DNA of 64,000 nt from Candidatus Levyibacteriota bacterium. GTDB lineage: Bacteria; Patescibacteriota; Microgenomatia; Levybacterales; UBA12049. Location: contig CP066685.1 of assembly GCA_016432345.1 (NCBI GenBank), forward strand, positions 695,740 through 759,739, in the 5' to 3' direction. Shown piece after piece: positions 19,979-30,125 of the stretch; within the stretch, counting starts at the first letter, position 1, and the number at the start of each line of letters is the position of its first letter. Below the pieces are notes generated by a model. It made no database searches and was not told where the DNA came from. It saw only the letters and a list, made by a program, of their open reading frames with translations. The position numbers were made by a program, and so were the translations under genes.

Positions 19979-20346
19979 AAATAATCAAAACCAAAAAAGC
20001 GCCAGCTGCGATCGGACCATACTCACAAGCAATTGTAGCAGGAGATTTTGTTTTCTGTTCTGGTCAGATTGGTATCAATCCAACAACAGGTAACCTGGTT
20101 GAAGGAATCGAAGACCAAACCAAACAAGTAATCACAAATCTTCAAGCAGTGCTCAAAGCCGCAAGGTTAGACCTTGCAAGTGTGGTAAAGACAACAGTAT
20201 TTCTCAAAAATATAAATGATTTTCCAAAGATGAACAATGTGTTTGCTTCTTTTTTCGACAAACATAAACCAACCCGCTCCACAATCGAAGCATCAAATCT
20301 CCCTAAAAATGCACTAGTCGAGATAGACGCGATAGCCCTCAAATGA
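19975..20346 (+). CDS. ridA: RidA-family enamine/imine deaminase
   Basis: [11 protein letters not shown], SGQI, PxRS, VEI. Confidence 0.92.
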   Translation: MKIIKTKKAPAAIGPYSQAIVAGDFVFCSGQIGINPTTGNLVEGIEDQTKQVITNLQAVLKAARLDLASVVKTTVFLKNINDFPKMNNVFASFFDKHKPTRSTIEASNLPKNALVEIDAIALK

Positions 20347-21719
20347 AACCAAAAACACTATTTGAAAAAATTTGGGATAGCCACGTGGTGTATCAAAAAA
20401 AGAACTATCCTGATGTTTTATATATCGACGCCCACTTAATCCACGAAGTTACCAGCCCCCAAGCCTTTGATGGTCTACGCAAAAGAAATCTCCCGGTTTT
20501 TCGCAGCATTCGCACCTGGGCCACAGCCGACCACAATGTCCCAACCAAAAATCAAGACAAACCAATCAAAGAAATACTCTCAAGAAAACAAGTTGAAATG
20601 CTTACCAAAAATTGCAAAGAGTTTGGTATTCGCCTCTATGGCCTTGGCCATCCATATCAAGGCATCGTCCATATTATTGGCCCGGAGCTTGGCATTACCA
20701 AACCTGGAATGACGATAGTTTGTGGTGATAGCCACACTTCCACTCACGGCGCGTTTGGCAATATTTCTTTTGGCATTGGTACAAGTGAAGTCGAACAGGT
20801 TTTAGCGACCCAAACTATCTTGCAATACAAACCCAAAACTATGCTGATAACTGTTGATGGAAAGTTAAAAAAAGGTGTTGTTGCAAAAGATATTATTCTT
20901 TACATTATTTCAAAAATATCAACAAGCGGCGCAACAGGCTACTTTGTTGAGTATGCCGGGTCAACCATTCAAAATCTTTCCATGGAAGCCAGAATGACTA
21001 TCTGCAACATGAGTATCGAAATAGGAGCCCGAGGTGGCCTAATTGCGCCAGATAAAACAACATTTGCCTACATGAAAAACCGAAAGTTTATGCCAAAAAA
21101 CAAAGAATGGGATAAAATAATCGCATATTGGAAAACCTTACCATCCGACAAAGACGCTATATACGACAAAGAGCTACATTTCGATGCAACAGACATAGAA
21201 CCAATGATTACCTATGGCACCAATCCCGGCATGGGAGTAAAAATCACAGAAAAAATCCCAAACGTTCCAACAGCCGAAAAAGCCCTTACCTATATGAATT
21301 TAAAAGCTGGAACTCCCATGATTGGATTAAAGATAGATTATGTTTTCTTGGGAAGCTGTACGAATTCCAGGATTGAAGACCTGCGTTTAGTTGCCAGTAT
21401 TGTTAAGGGGAAAAAGAAAGCAAAAAATGTTGATGTTTTTGTTATCCCAGGTTCCAAGCAAGTAGAAAAACAGGCCAAAAAAGAGGGGATAGATAAAACT
21501 CTTAAAAATGCTGGTTTCGAACTAAGGGAACCAGGATGTTCGGCCTGTTTGGGAATGAATGAAGACAAAATTCCTGCTGGAAAATACTGCATCTCAACAT
21601 CAAATCGCAACTTTGAAGGCCGCCAAGGCCCAGGTGCCAGAACTTTTTTAGCAAGTCCACTAACAGCCGCGGCGGCGGCAATTACAGGTAGAATTACAGA
21701 TGTCAGAACAATATTATGA
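20343..21719 (+). CDS. leuC: 3-isopropylmalate dehydratase large subunit
   Basis: [33 protein letters not shown]. Confidence 0.96.
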   Translation: MKPKTLFEKIWDSHVVYQKKNYPDVLYIDAHLIHEVTSPQAFDGLRKRNLPVFRSIRTWATADHNVPTKNQDKPIKEILSRKQVEMLTKNCKEFGIRLYGLGHPYQGIVHIIGPELGITKPGMTIVCGDSHTSTHGAFGNISFGIGTSEVEQVLATQTILQYKPKTMLITVDGKLKKGVVAKDIILYIISKISTSGATGYFVEYAGSTIQNLSMEARMTICNMSIEIGARGGLIAPDKTTFAYMKNRKFMPKNKEWDKIIAYWKTLPSDKDAIYDKELHFDATDIEPMITYGTNPGMGVKITEKIPNVPTAEKALTYMNLKAGTPMIGLKIDYVFLGSCTNSRIEDLRLVASIVKGKKKAKNVDVFVIPGSKQVEKQAKKEGIDKTLKNAGFELREPGCSACLGMNEDKIPAGKYCISTSNRNFEGRQGPGARTFLASPLTAAAAAITGRITDVRTIL

Positions 21720-22282
21720 AAACTATAATTTCAACCTGCGTACCATTACCAATAGAAAATATTGACACCGACCAAATTATTCCGGCCAGGTTTCTTAAAG
21801 CCACAACCCGAGAAGGTTTTGGTGAAAACTTATTTCGGGACTGGCGCGCAAAGGATAATTTTGTTCTTAACAATCCAGCATACTTTGGCAAAATTTTAGT
21901 TGCCGGGAAAAATTTTGGCTGCGGCTCCAGCCGCGAACACGCCGCCTGGGCTATAAAAGATTATGGCTTTAAAGCTGTAGTTTCCAGCTTTTTTGCGGAC
22001 ATATTTAAAAACAACGCACTCAACAACAACCTTCTTCCAGTCCAAATCAGCGAATCATTCCTGCAAAAACTTTTTAAAGCAATAGAAAAAGATCCAAAAA
22101 CAAAAGCAACTATTGACCTTGAAAAACAAATCATATCTTTTAACTCTCAAAAAGAAAAGTTTGATATTAACCCATATAAAAAAACGTGCTTAATATATGG
22201 ATATAACGATATAGAATACCTTTTGTCAATAAAAGACAAAATTAAAGAGTATGAGAAAAACAATAGCAATTTTGCCAGGTGA
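21716..22282 (+). CDS. leuD: 3-isopropylmalate dehydratase small subunit
   Basis: [21 protein letters not shown]. Confidence 0.96.
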   Translation: MKTIISTCVPLPIENIDTDQIIPARFLKATTREGFGENLFRDWRAKDNFVLNNPAYFGKILVAGKNFGCGSSREHAAWAIKDYGFKAVVSSFFADIFKNNALNNNLLPVQISESFLQKLFKAIEKDPKTKATIDLEKQIISFNSQKEKFDINPYKKTCLIYGYNDIEYLLSIKDKIKEYEKNNSNFAR

Positions 22283-23306
22283 TGGGATAGGCCCAGAAAT
22301 TATAGAACAAGCAATAAAAGTGCTCAAAATTGTGGGTACAAAATTTAATCACGAATTTGTGTTCGAATATGGACTAATAGGTGCTATAGCAATAGATAAA
22401 ACTGGAAACCCTTTACCAAATGAAACGCTTAAACTATGTAAGTCAACAGACGCTATTTTATTCGGCGCAATCGGCGATCCAAAATACGACAATGATCCAA
22501 GCGCAAAAATTAGACCCGAACAAGGGCTTTTAAAACTTCGAAAATCCCTAGACCTTTATGTCAACGTCCGCCCAATTCGGGTATTTGAAAAACTAAAAAG
22601 CAAATCTCCTTTGAAAGGAGAAATTTTAGAAGGTGTTGATTTTGTGGTAGTACGAGAACTTATAGGAGGGATTTATTTTGGAAAGCGGGGAAGAAGAAAA
22701 AACGGAACAGTAGCCTACGATACCTCCACATATTCAAAAGCAGAAATTGAAAGAGTAGCAAAATTCGCCTTTGAGCTTGTGCTGACTCGGAAGAAACATA
22801 TCACAGTTGTTGATAAAGCCAATGTATTGGAAACTTCGCGCCTTTGGAGAGAAACAATTCAAGAACAATCGAAACAATATAACAATGTAACAATCGAATT
22901 CATGTTTGTCGACAACGCGGCAATGCAGATTATTAAAAAACCAAGTAGTTTCGATGTAATTTTAACCGAAAATATGTTTGGAGACATTCTCACGGATGAA
23001 GCCTCGGTCATCACTGGTTCAATTGGTATGTTGCCCTCTGCATCAATCGGCGCAAAAACCTCGCTGTATGAACCAATTCATGGCTCATATCCAAAAGCCA
23101 AAGGATTAAATACTGCAAATCCTATTGGGACAATCCTTTCTGCAGCAATGATGCTCGAATATAGTTTTGGACTTATAAAAGAAGCAAAATCAATAGAAAA
23201 CGCCGTCGAAAAAGCAATCAATCTTGGTTTCGGCACAAAAGACATCGTTTCAAATAATCCACTTGGTACTTCAGAACTAGGCACCAAAATCGCATCTTTG
23301 ATATAA
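22251..23306 (+). CDS. leuB: 3-isopropylmalate dehydrogenase
   Basis: [28 protein letters not shown]. Confidence 0.96.
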   Translation: MRKTIAILPGDGIGPEIIEQAIKVLKIVGTKFNHEFVFEYGLIGAIAIDKTGNPLPNETLKLCKSTDAILFGAIGDPKYDNDPSAKIRPEQGLLKLRKSLDLYVNVRPIRVFEKLKSKSPLKGEILEGVDFVVVRELIGGIYFGKRGRRKNGTVAYDTSTYSKAEIERVAKFAFELVLTRKKHITVVDKANVLETSRLWRETIQEQSKQYNNVTIEFMFVDNAAMQIIKKPSSFDVILTENMFGDILTDEASVITGSIGMLPSASIGAKTSLYEPIHGSYPKAKGLNTANPIGTILSAAMMLEYSFGLIKEAKSIENAVEKAINLGFGTKDIVSNNPLGTSELGTKIASLI

Positions 23307-23497
23307 TAGATGTTAATGAACAGCCGAGTATTTACCCCAGATGAGGTTGCCAAAAACACCACTGAGGGAAAATTCTATTCTGTTTTTCAAGAAAAATAAT
23401 AAACATTACATCCTTCGCTGACAAAAATCTTCTTAAACACCAAAGCTACTGTAATTGTCTTTATCTAGCCAATTTGCTACAATAAATTAACTTTTTT

Positions 23498-23571
23498 GGG
23501 CGCATAGCTCAGTTGGTTAGAGCGTTACATTGACATTGTAAAGGTCTCAGGTTCGAATCCTGATGCGCCCA
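23498..23571 (+). tRNA. tRNA-Val(GAC)
   Basis: Anticodon arm TTACA-TTGACAT-TGTAA. Confidence 0.94.
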
Positions 23572-23659
23572 CAAGTGATCTAATTGGATTATAAAAAGAC
23601 CCAGTTGACACCCACGAAATTACTTTTGCTAGACTACTTATCACTCTATTTATCACTCT

Positions 23660-23998
23660 ATGAAAAAAGCAAAAACCAGTCCTCAAAACGAGAATCTCAC
23701 AGATATTCTTAAACTTCTTACCAAAAGAATCGAAGAAGTAGCTGTTGATGTATACGGAATAAAAGGGAGCATAGCAAGAATTGATCTTAAAGTGCATGCT
23801 ATAGACATGAATACCAAATTAACAAAATCGGACGTAGAAAGATTAAGTAAAGAAGTAAAAAAGGTTGAAAAAAGAATTATTAACGAAGTTGGAAAATTCA
23901 TTGATCAAGCTATTCTTCCACAACTCGATGATAAAGCCGATAAAAAAGATGTAGAACGATTGGAAGGAAAACTCGACAGTCTTTTACACGCAAATTAA
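23660..23998 (+). CDS. small coiled-coil hypothetical protein
   Basis: 112-aa heptad-rich ORF. Confidence 0.6.
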   Translation: MKKAKTSPQNENLTDILKLLTKRIEEVAVDVYGIKGSIARIDLKVHAIDMNTKLTKSDVERLSKEVKKVEKRIINEVGKFIDQAILPQLDDKADKKDVERLEGKLDSLLHAN

Positions 23999-24003
23999 TT
24001 TGA

Positions 24004-24132
24004 TTGACAATAATAAATTTGTCTGCTAGTATACATACAATGAATAAAAATCAAATTATCACAATTACCACCATTCCTTCCTAAGGGAGGTGTGTTTTTG
24101 TAAGAAATACCTCCCATAAAGGGAGGTTTTTT
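24004..24132 (+). promoter_or_regulatory. ilvA promoter and attenuator
   Basis: Antiterminator GGGAGGT (24085) with ACCTCCC; terminator ACCTCCC-ATAAA-GGGAGGT plus T-run. Confidence 0.87.
24040..24084 (+). CDS. Ile/Thr leader peptide MNKNQIITITTIPS
   Basis: ATG 7 nt after TGCTAGTAT (-35 TTGACA, 17 bp spacer); seven consecutive Ile/Thr codons. Confidence 0.87.
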   Translation: MNKNQIITITTIPS

Positions 24133-24141
24133 ATTTTAACC

Positions 24142-25392
24142 ATGAACAATACTGTTACAATTAAAACAATCGAAGAGGCTTCTAAACGAATCAATGGCAT
24201 AGCCAAAAATACACCACTGCAGCATGCCAAAAGACTTTCCGAACTTTTTGAAGCCACCATCTTTTTAAAACGCGAAGACCTTCAACGAGTGCGTTCTTAC
24301 AAAATTCGAGGCTCCTATAATCTGATGAAGTCGCTTTTGGACAAGGAAAAAGCAAACGGCGTTGTCTGCGCCAGCGCGGGCAACCACGCGCAAGGAGTAG
24401 CCTACAGCGCGGCAGCGCTTAAAATACATGCCGACATTTTTATGCCGGTTAAAACACCGCTGCAGAAAATAAACCGAGTCAAGCATTTCGGAGGAGCATG
24501 GATAAAAATCCACCTGGTTGGCAATACCTATGATGAAAGTTATAAAGAGGCTTTAAAGTATTGCAAAGATAAAAAAGCCACCCTTGTTCATCCCTTCGAT
24601 GATCCTCGCGTAATATCGGGAGCAGGCACCATTGCCAAAGAAATTTACGACGAGTTAGGCCAAAATATTGACTATATAATTTGTACAATTGGCGGAGGAG
24701 GATTAATTTCTGGAGTGGGAACATATCTTACTCAAAAAATAAAAAAAATAAAGGTGATAGGAACAGAACCAAAGGGAGCGCCAAGTATGTACGAGGCATT
24801 AAAAAAAAGAAAAGTTATTACACTCGATGCTATCGATACCTTTGTCGATGGGGCGGCAGTAAAAACAGTAGGCCAAAAAACATTTGATATTGCAAAAACT
24901 GTAGTAAGTGAGATTATTTTAGTTCCAGAAGGCAAAGTTTGCACTACTATGATTGATCTTTATCAAAATGAAGGGATTGTCGCAGAACCAGCAGGCGCGC
25001 TTTCGATCTCTGCTCTTGACTTTATGGCAGAAAAAATAAAAGGAAAAACTGTTGTTTGCATTTTAAGCGGCGGCAATAACGACATTTTAAGATACCCAGA
25101 AATTATGGAAAGAAGTCTTATATATCTTGGAAGAAAACACTATTTTCTTATTGAGTTTGCGCAAAAACCTGGACAGCTTAGACAGTTTGTGGATAAGGCG
25201 CTTGGTCCAACCGATGACATTGTGCGCTTTGAATACATCAAAAAAAGCGCCAAAGAAACAGGTCCGGCATTGGTTGGCATCGAGCAGGAAAAAAAAGAAG
25301 ATTACGATAAACTCATACACCAAATGAATAACTTTGGTATTATATACAAAATAATAACTTCTAATGATCTTATCTATAATTATCTTATATAA
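24142..25392 (+). CDS. ilvA: threonine dehydratase
   Basis: KREDLQ..SYKIRG, SAGNHAQG, LSGGN, single ACT domain. Confidence 0.95.
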   Translation: MNNTVTIKTIEEASKRINGIAKNTPLQHAKRLSELFEATIFLKREDLQRVRSYKIRGSYNLMKSLLDKEKANGVVCASAGNHAQGVAYSAAALKIHADIFMPVKTPLQKINRVKHFGGAWIKIHLVGNTYDESYKEALKYCKDKKATLVHPFDDPRVISGAGTIAKEIYDELGQNIDYIICTIGGGGLISGVGTYLTQKIKKIKVIGTEPKGAPSMYEALKKRKVITLDAIDTFVDGAAVKTVGQKTFDIAKTVVSEIILVPEGKVCTTMIDLYQNEGIVAEPAGALSISALDFMAEKIKGKTVVCILSGGNNDILRYPEIMERSLIYLGRKHYFLIEFAQKPGQLRQFVDKALGPTDDIVRFEYIKKSAKETGPALVGIEQEKKEDYDKLIHQMNNFGIIYKIITSNDLIYNYLI

Positions 25393-25432
25393 AAGCTTTG
25401 CATAGCGGTATTTTTTTGCTATAGTAATAACC

Positions 25433-26671
25433 ATGAAGGATACAAAAAATCTAAAAGATCACAAGCAAATTGGCCAAGAGCTTGAATTATTTTTTACTCA
25501 TGACATAGCTCCTGGCGCTCCATTTTGGCTTCCTCGCGGCCTGATTATCTTTAAACAACTTGAAAAATATATTAGAGAACTAACAGAAAATGCCGGATAT
25601 TTAGAAACATCAACCCCCATAATGGTAAAATCTGAGCTGTTTAAGCAATCTGGACACTGGGAAAAATTTGGCGCGCATAATATGTATAATTTACAACTTT
25701 CAGATGAAAATGATGATTCTAAACCAGTTAGTTATTCCCTAAAACCAATGAACTGTCCCGAATCAACCATAATTTATAGATTTAGACCCAGATCGTATAG
25801 AGAATTACCCTTAAGACTGTCCGAAATTGGCAGGCTTCATAGAAGAGAAAAATCAGGGGAAGTAAACGGACTGCTTCGAGTTAGACAGTTAACTATGGAC
25901 GATGCGCATATTTATGCTACTGAAGAGCAAATTTTTGATGAGGTTTCTAATATTTTGGACATGATGATACATTTTTACGAAAGTTTTGGTTTTGAGTATG
26001 AATTCCGATTTGCCACCAGACCAGAATCCAGAGCAGGAAATGATAAAATGTGGGACAAAGCGGAAAACGCGCTATATCAAGCTTTAAAAAAGAAAAAAAT
26101 TAAAGCAGGGGACAAAATGGGAGACGGAGCATTTTATGGACCAAAAATAGACTTGCACATTAAAGATTCCCAAAAAAGAGAATGGCAACTTGCAACAGTT
26201 CAACTGGACTTCCACCAACCAGAAGCGTTTAATTTAAAATATATAGATGAAAATGGCGAGTCGCAAAGACCTGTTATGATTCACAGGGCAATCTTTGGTT
26301 CATTTGAAAGATTTATTGGTATTCTAACAGAACACTATCAAGGTAAATTTCCGCTGTGGCTTTCTCCTGTGCAAATAATACTTGTTCCAATTGCTGATCG
26401 ACACAAAGAGAAGGCAGAAAAAATCTTCAAAAAGTTACAAAATGAAGGTATTAGAGTAGAAATTGATGATCGAAAAGAGACGATGCAATCTAAAATTAGA
26501 GATGCCACTTTACAAAAAGTGCCATATATGGGTATAATAGGAGATAAAGAAACCGAAAAATCGGGCGAGTTTCTTTTGTCTGTAAGAACACGAGAGGGAA
26601 AAGATCTAGGACAATTAGCTTTCCCAATGTTTTTACAAAGGGTAAAAGAAGAAATTGATACGAAGGTTTAA
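25433..26671 (+). CDS. thrS: threonyl-tRNA synthetase lacking N-terminal editing region
   Basis: KPMNCP, GLLRVR, GAFYGPKID, HRAIFGSFER; 412 aa. Confidence 0.96.
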   Translation: MKDTKNLKDHKQIGQELELFFTHDIAPGAPFWLPRGLIIFKQLEKYIRELTENAGYLETSTPIMVKSELFKQSGHWEKFGAHNMYNLQLSDENDDSKPVSYSLKPMNCPESTIIYRFRPRSYRELPLRLSEIGRLHRREKSGEVNGLLRVRQLTMDDAHIYATEEQIFDEVSNILDMMIHFYESFGFEYEFRFATRPESRAGNDKMWDKAENALYQALKKKKIKAGDKMGDGAFYGPKIDLHIKDSQKREWQLATVQLDFHQPEAFNLKYIDENGESQRPVMIHRAIFGSFERFIGILTEHYQGKFPLWLSPVQIILVPIADRHKEKAEKIFKKLQNEGIRVEIDDRKETMQSKIRDATLQKVPYMGIIGDKETEKSGEFLLSVRTREGKDLGQLAFPMFLQRVKEEIDTKV

Positions 26672-27245
26672 AAAACATAATCAAAGACAACAAGTATTCA
26701 GGATAAACGAACGCATCTTTGCTGTAAGTCTTCGCGTTTTAGATAGTGAAGGAAAACAAATAGGCATACTAAATCGTTTTGAAGCACTACAAAAGGCCAG
26801 AAATGCAGGACTAGATTTAGTAGAGATTGCACCAAGCGCAAAACCGCCTGTTGCTAAAATAGTTGATTTTAAAAAATTTTTATATCAAGAGGCGAAAAAG
26901 AAAAAGGAAGAGAAGAAAAAAGCCAAGGTGCCTGAAACCAAAGAAATTAGGTTAGGGCCTTTTATGAATAACCATGACTTAGATGTTATGGTAAGACGAG
27001 CACGAACGTTTTTGGAAAATGGAGATAAAGTAAAATTAGTTGTTAAATTTGTCGGAAGACAAATAACACATCCTGAGTTTGGAAAAGACATAACAAAAAA
27101 ATCAATTGATCATCTTTCTGATATATCAAAAATTGAAAGAGAGATGAAATTTGAAGGAAAAAATTTAATAACAATACTATCGCCAGAAAAGAAAAGAAAT
27201 AAACATGAAGAAGAAAACACGAAAGTCAGCCTTAAAACGGTTTAA
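26655..27245 (+). CDS. infC: translation initiation factor IF-3, non-ATG start
   Basis: RINERI, LDLVEIAP, KEIRL; start TTG 26655 or ATA 26658. Confidence 0.93.
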   Translation: MIRRFKKHNQRQQVFRINERIFAVSLRVLDSEGKQIGILNRFEALQKARNAGLDLVEIAPSAKPPVAKIVDFKKFLYQEAKKKKEEKKKAKVPETKEIRLGPFMNNHDLDVMVRRARTFLENGDKVKLVVKFVGRQITHPEFGKDITKKSIDHLSDISKIEREMKFEGKNLITILSPEKKRNKHEEENTKVSLKTV

Positions 27246-27393
27246 AATAACGAAAAAAGGAAAAGTTATGTTTTCCCATCAGTATACTGGGCACTTAATG
27301 CGTAAAAAGGGCGCAAAAAGACAACGTAGACAAAAAGAACCAGGACAGCTTAGTGGCGCATTTGCTAAAAGACTAACAAAAATTCTTGAGTAA
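27205..27393 (+). CDS. rpmI: 50S ribosomal protein L35
   Basis: KTRKSAxKRFKIT; operon position. Confidence 0.92.
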   Translation: MKKKTRKSALKRFKITKKGKVMFSHQYTGHLMRKKGAKRQRRQKEPGQLSGAFAKRLTKILE

Positions 27394-27395
27394 TT

Positions 27396-27743
27396 ATGAG
27401 AGTAAAACGAGGTACAGTTTCTAGACGAAAACATAACAAACTTCATTCTCTTACCAAGGGATATAGAGGTACCAAAAGCCGCCTTACAAAGGTGGCAAAA
27501 GAAGCAATCCTTCATGCGGGCGCGTACGCGTTTCATGGAAGAAAACTTCGCAAACGAGACATACGCCAACTTTGGATTACACGTATTGGCGAAGCATCCA
27601 AACAGATGGGAATTTCTTACAGTGTTTTTATGAATAAGTTAAAAAAAGCAAATATTTTACTTGACAGAAAAATTCTAAGCGAACTTGTTGTAAATGATAC
27701 TGCTGCTTTTAAACAAGTAATTGACTCTGTTAAAAATATCTGA
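27396..27743 (+). CDS. rplT: 50S ribosomal protein L20
   Basis: RVKRG, KGYRG, RxLWITRI, LDRKILSE. Confidence 0.96.
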   Translation: MRVKRGTVSRRKHNKLHSLTKGYRGTKSRLTKVAKEAILHAGAYAFHGRKLRKRDIRQLWITRIGEASKQMGISYSVFMNKLKKANILLDRKILSELVVNDTAAFKQVIDSVKNI

Positions 27744-27865
27744 TAAGATCAATCTACCAATGAAACAATTCAACAATAGAAAAATTACTTTTTGGTTTTA
27801 TTTTACCTCCTAAAGCGGGGACTATTTGCGTGTTGCAAATAAGATCCCCCAAAGGGGGATTTTTT
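27721..27865 (+). promoter_or_regulatory. aro operon promoter and attenuator
   Basis: Antiterminator GGGGA..TATTTGC/GCAAATA..TCCCC; terminator ATCCCCC-AAA-GGGGGAT plus T-run. Confidence 0.87.
27760..27813 (+). CDS. aromatic leader peptide MKQFNNRKITFWFYFTS
   Basis: Five consecutive aromatic codons; TTGACT-17-TAAGAT promoter 10 nt upstream. Confidence 0.88.
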   Translation: MKQFNNRKITFWFYFTS

Positions 27866-27871
27866 GTATTT

Positions 27872-28630
27872 ATGACAAATAAAACAATTATTATAACAGG
27901 ACCATGCGCTGCCGAATCGGAAGAACAAATTCTTCTATCGGCAAAAGAAGCAAAAAAAAGGCAGGTTGACTTTTTACGGGTTAGTTTGTGGAAACCCCGC
28001 ACCAAACCCGGCTTTGACGGTTTAGGAGAAAAAGGTATCGAGCTTTTGGTAAAAGTGGCAAAAATGGGCGTAAATCCAGCTACCGAAGTTATTATTCCAT
28101 CCCATGCAGAAAAAGTTATAGACACTGTTTTAACAGCTGTACCAACCGCAAAGGTACTTCTCTGGATTGGAGCTCGAAACCAAAATCATTATATTCAGCA
28201 AGAAATTGCCCGAGCTATGGGAAACGAAAAAAGAGCATACTTAATGGTCAAAAATCAACCCTGGCCAAGCTTAGAACATTGGGAGGGAATTATTGAACAT
28301 GTACTTCATGGTGGTATTAGTAAAAACCGTCTGCTTATTTGCCATCGCGGCTTTAGTCCAAACGGACATGCAAATCCTTATGGATACCGAAATGTCCCAG
28401 ATTACGAAATGACCATGAAAATAAAAAATAAAACAAAACTTCCTGTGCTTTTTGATCCATCTCACACAGGAGGAAGTGTTGATAATGTATTTAGAATCGT
28501 CAAAGAAGCTGCAAAACATTCATTCGATGGTTTAATTATCGAAGTGCATCCAAATCCAAAAAACGCCAAAACCGATGCCAAACAACAGCTTACCTGGAAA
28601 CAATTCGATGAATTACTAAAATTAGTATGA
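27872..28630 (+). CDS. DAHP synthase, type I-beta-like, no regulatory domain
   Basis: GPCAAES, WKPRT, DPSH, IIEVH motifs; ATG 27872. Confidence 0.88.
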   Translation: MTNKTIIITGPCAAESEEQILLSAKEAKKRQVDFLRVSLWKPRTKPGFDGLGEKGIELLVKVAKMGVNPATEVIIPSHAEKVIDTVLTAVPTAKVLLWIGARNQNHYIQQEIARAMGNEKRAYLMVKNQPWPSLEHWEGIIEHVLHGGISKNRLLICHRGFSPNGHANPYGYRNVPDYEMTMKIKNKTKLPVLFDPSHTGGSVDNVFRIVKEAAKHSFDGLIIEVHPNPKNAKTDAKQQLTWKQFDELLKLV

Positions 28631-29694
28631 CGCAAAAAACCTACATCATTGATACAACAGAAACAACTACTATTATTATAAATAATTATATTCTTAAAGA
28701 TATTGATTCTATTCTTAAAGAAAACAGTTATAGTATGTTTTTGCTTCTTTGTGACGATACAACAAAAAAACTTTTTATAAACAAAGTCTTAGAATCTCTA
28801 AAAAAACTTGGTAAACCCATTGAAATACATAGTCTCACTCCAGGAGAAGACAGTAAAAATACTATAAATCTTTTTCGAATTCTTGAACACATGGTTGAAA
28901 AAGGATTTGATCGAAAAAGCGCTGTTATCGCGCTTGGCGGGGGAGTTATTGGAGATATTGCGACAATCGCCGCGGGTGTATTTTTGCGGGGAATTGACTG
29001 TATTCAAATCCCAACAACACTGCTTGCCCAAGTCGATGCGGCAATTGGAGGAAAAGGCGCTGTAAATGTGCGTCATTACAAAAATATCATTGGAGTTATT
29101 AAACAACCCTCTTTTATTCTTATCGATCCAATGCTTTTAACAAAACTGCCAGAAAAACAATACAAGTCAGGAATAGGGGAAGTTTTAAAATATGCAATTG
29201 CCATGGATAAAAAACTTTTTGAACTTTTAGAAAAACAAACAAAACATACATCACTTCTTCCAATTATTAATCGCTGTGTTGAGCTGAAAACGAACATCGT
29301 GCAAAAAGACCCACATGAAAAAAGTGGAAAAAGGCAACAGCTAAATTTTGGCCATACCTTGGGGCACGCCATTGAACTCTATGCGCATCTTTCTCATGGA
29401 GAAGCAATTAGTATTGGCATGACTTTTGCAATTATTGTTAGCGAAAAATTAAATATGCTTAAAAAAGAGGACGCAAAAAAATCAATTGAACTTTTAAAAG
29501 TTTACAAACTTCCTACAACTATTTCAAAAAAATCAATTGCCAAAGACACAATTTATACACAAATGAAAAAAGACAAAAAAGCAATAGACGGCATGCCAAC
29601 TTTTGTACTCCTTGAAGGCATAGGAAAAACAAAATCTGGCTGCCATGTCCAAAGAGATATTATTGAGCAGACTTTAGACGAGATATTGATATGA
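28627..29694 (+). CDS. aroB: 3-dehydroquinate synthase
   Basis: GGGVIGD, PTTLLAQVDAAIGGK, LNFGHT. Confidence 0.95.
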   Translation: MTQKTYIIDTTETTTIIINNYILKDIDSILKENSYSMFLLLCDDTTKKLFINKVLESLKKLGKPIEIHSLTPGEDSKNTINLFRILEHMVEKGFDRKSAVIALGGGVIGDIATIAAGVFLRGIDCIQIPTTLLAQVDAAIGGKGAVNVRHYKNIIGVIKQPSFILIDPMLLTKLPEKQYKSGIGEVLKYAIAMDKKLFELLEKQTKHTSLLPIINRCVELKTNIVQKDPHEKSGKRQQLNFGHTLGHAIELYAHLSHGEAISIGMTFAIIVSEKLNMLKKEDAKKSIELLKVYKLPTTISKKSIAKDTIYTQMKKDKKAIDGMPTFVLLEGIGKTKSGCHVQRDIIEQTLDEILI

Positions 29695-30125
29695 AAATTT
29701 TAGTTCTTAACGGGCCAAATCTTAATATCTTGGGAAAACGAAAAAAAGAGTTTTATGGAATATCTACACTTGATAATATCAATATCATTCTAAAAGACGC
29801 TGCAAAAAAATATGACTGCCAACTTTTATTTTTTCAATCAAATCATGAAGGAAGACTTATTGATTTTATTCAAAAACACGCAAAAAGCGCAGATGGCATA
29901 CTGATAAATCCTGGAGCGCTGACTCATTATGGGTATTCACTTCACGATGCACTAGTTGATACAAAATTACCAATTGTCGAAGTGCACCTTTCTGACATCA
30001 CAAAACGGGAAGACTTTAGAAAAATAGATGTATTTGATGGAATTGTAATTGAAAGAGTAATGGGAAAAAAAGAAAAAAGTTACGAAGAAGGACTGGAAAA
30101 ACTAATTAAACATATTAAAAAATGA
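29691..30125 (+). CDS. aroQ: type II 3-dehydroquinate dehydratase
   Basis: NGPNLN, QSNHEG, EVHLS. Confidence 0.95.
   Translation: MKILVLNGPNLNILGKRKKEFYGISTLDNINIILKDAAKKYDCQLLFFQSNHEGRLIDFIQKHAKSADGILINPGALTHYGYSLHDALVDTKLPIVEVHLSDITKREDFRKIDVFDGIVIERVMGKKEKSYEEGLEKLIKHIKK

Noticed and set aside
23310-23399. 29-codon ORF MLMNSRVFTPDEVAKNTTEGK after leuB, faintly like a cytochrome b5 N-terminus
   Set aside because: Too short, no heme-binding motif, and no control codons or terminator
23638-23661. Tandem 12-bp duplication TTATCACTCTAT before the 23660 ORF
   Set aside because: Only two copies; simple slippage is sufficient explanation
24004-24132. T-box riboswitches upstream of amino acid operons or synthetases
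   Set aside because: Leaders are too short and lack the T-box consensus; uORF attenuation explains them
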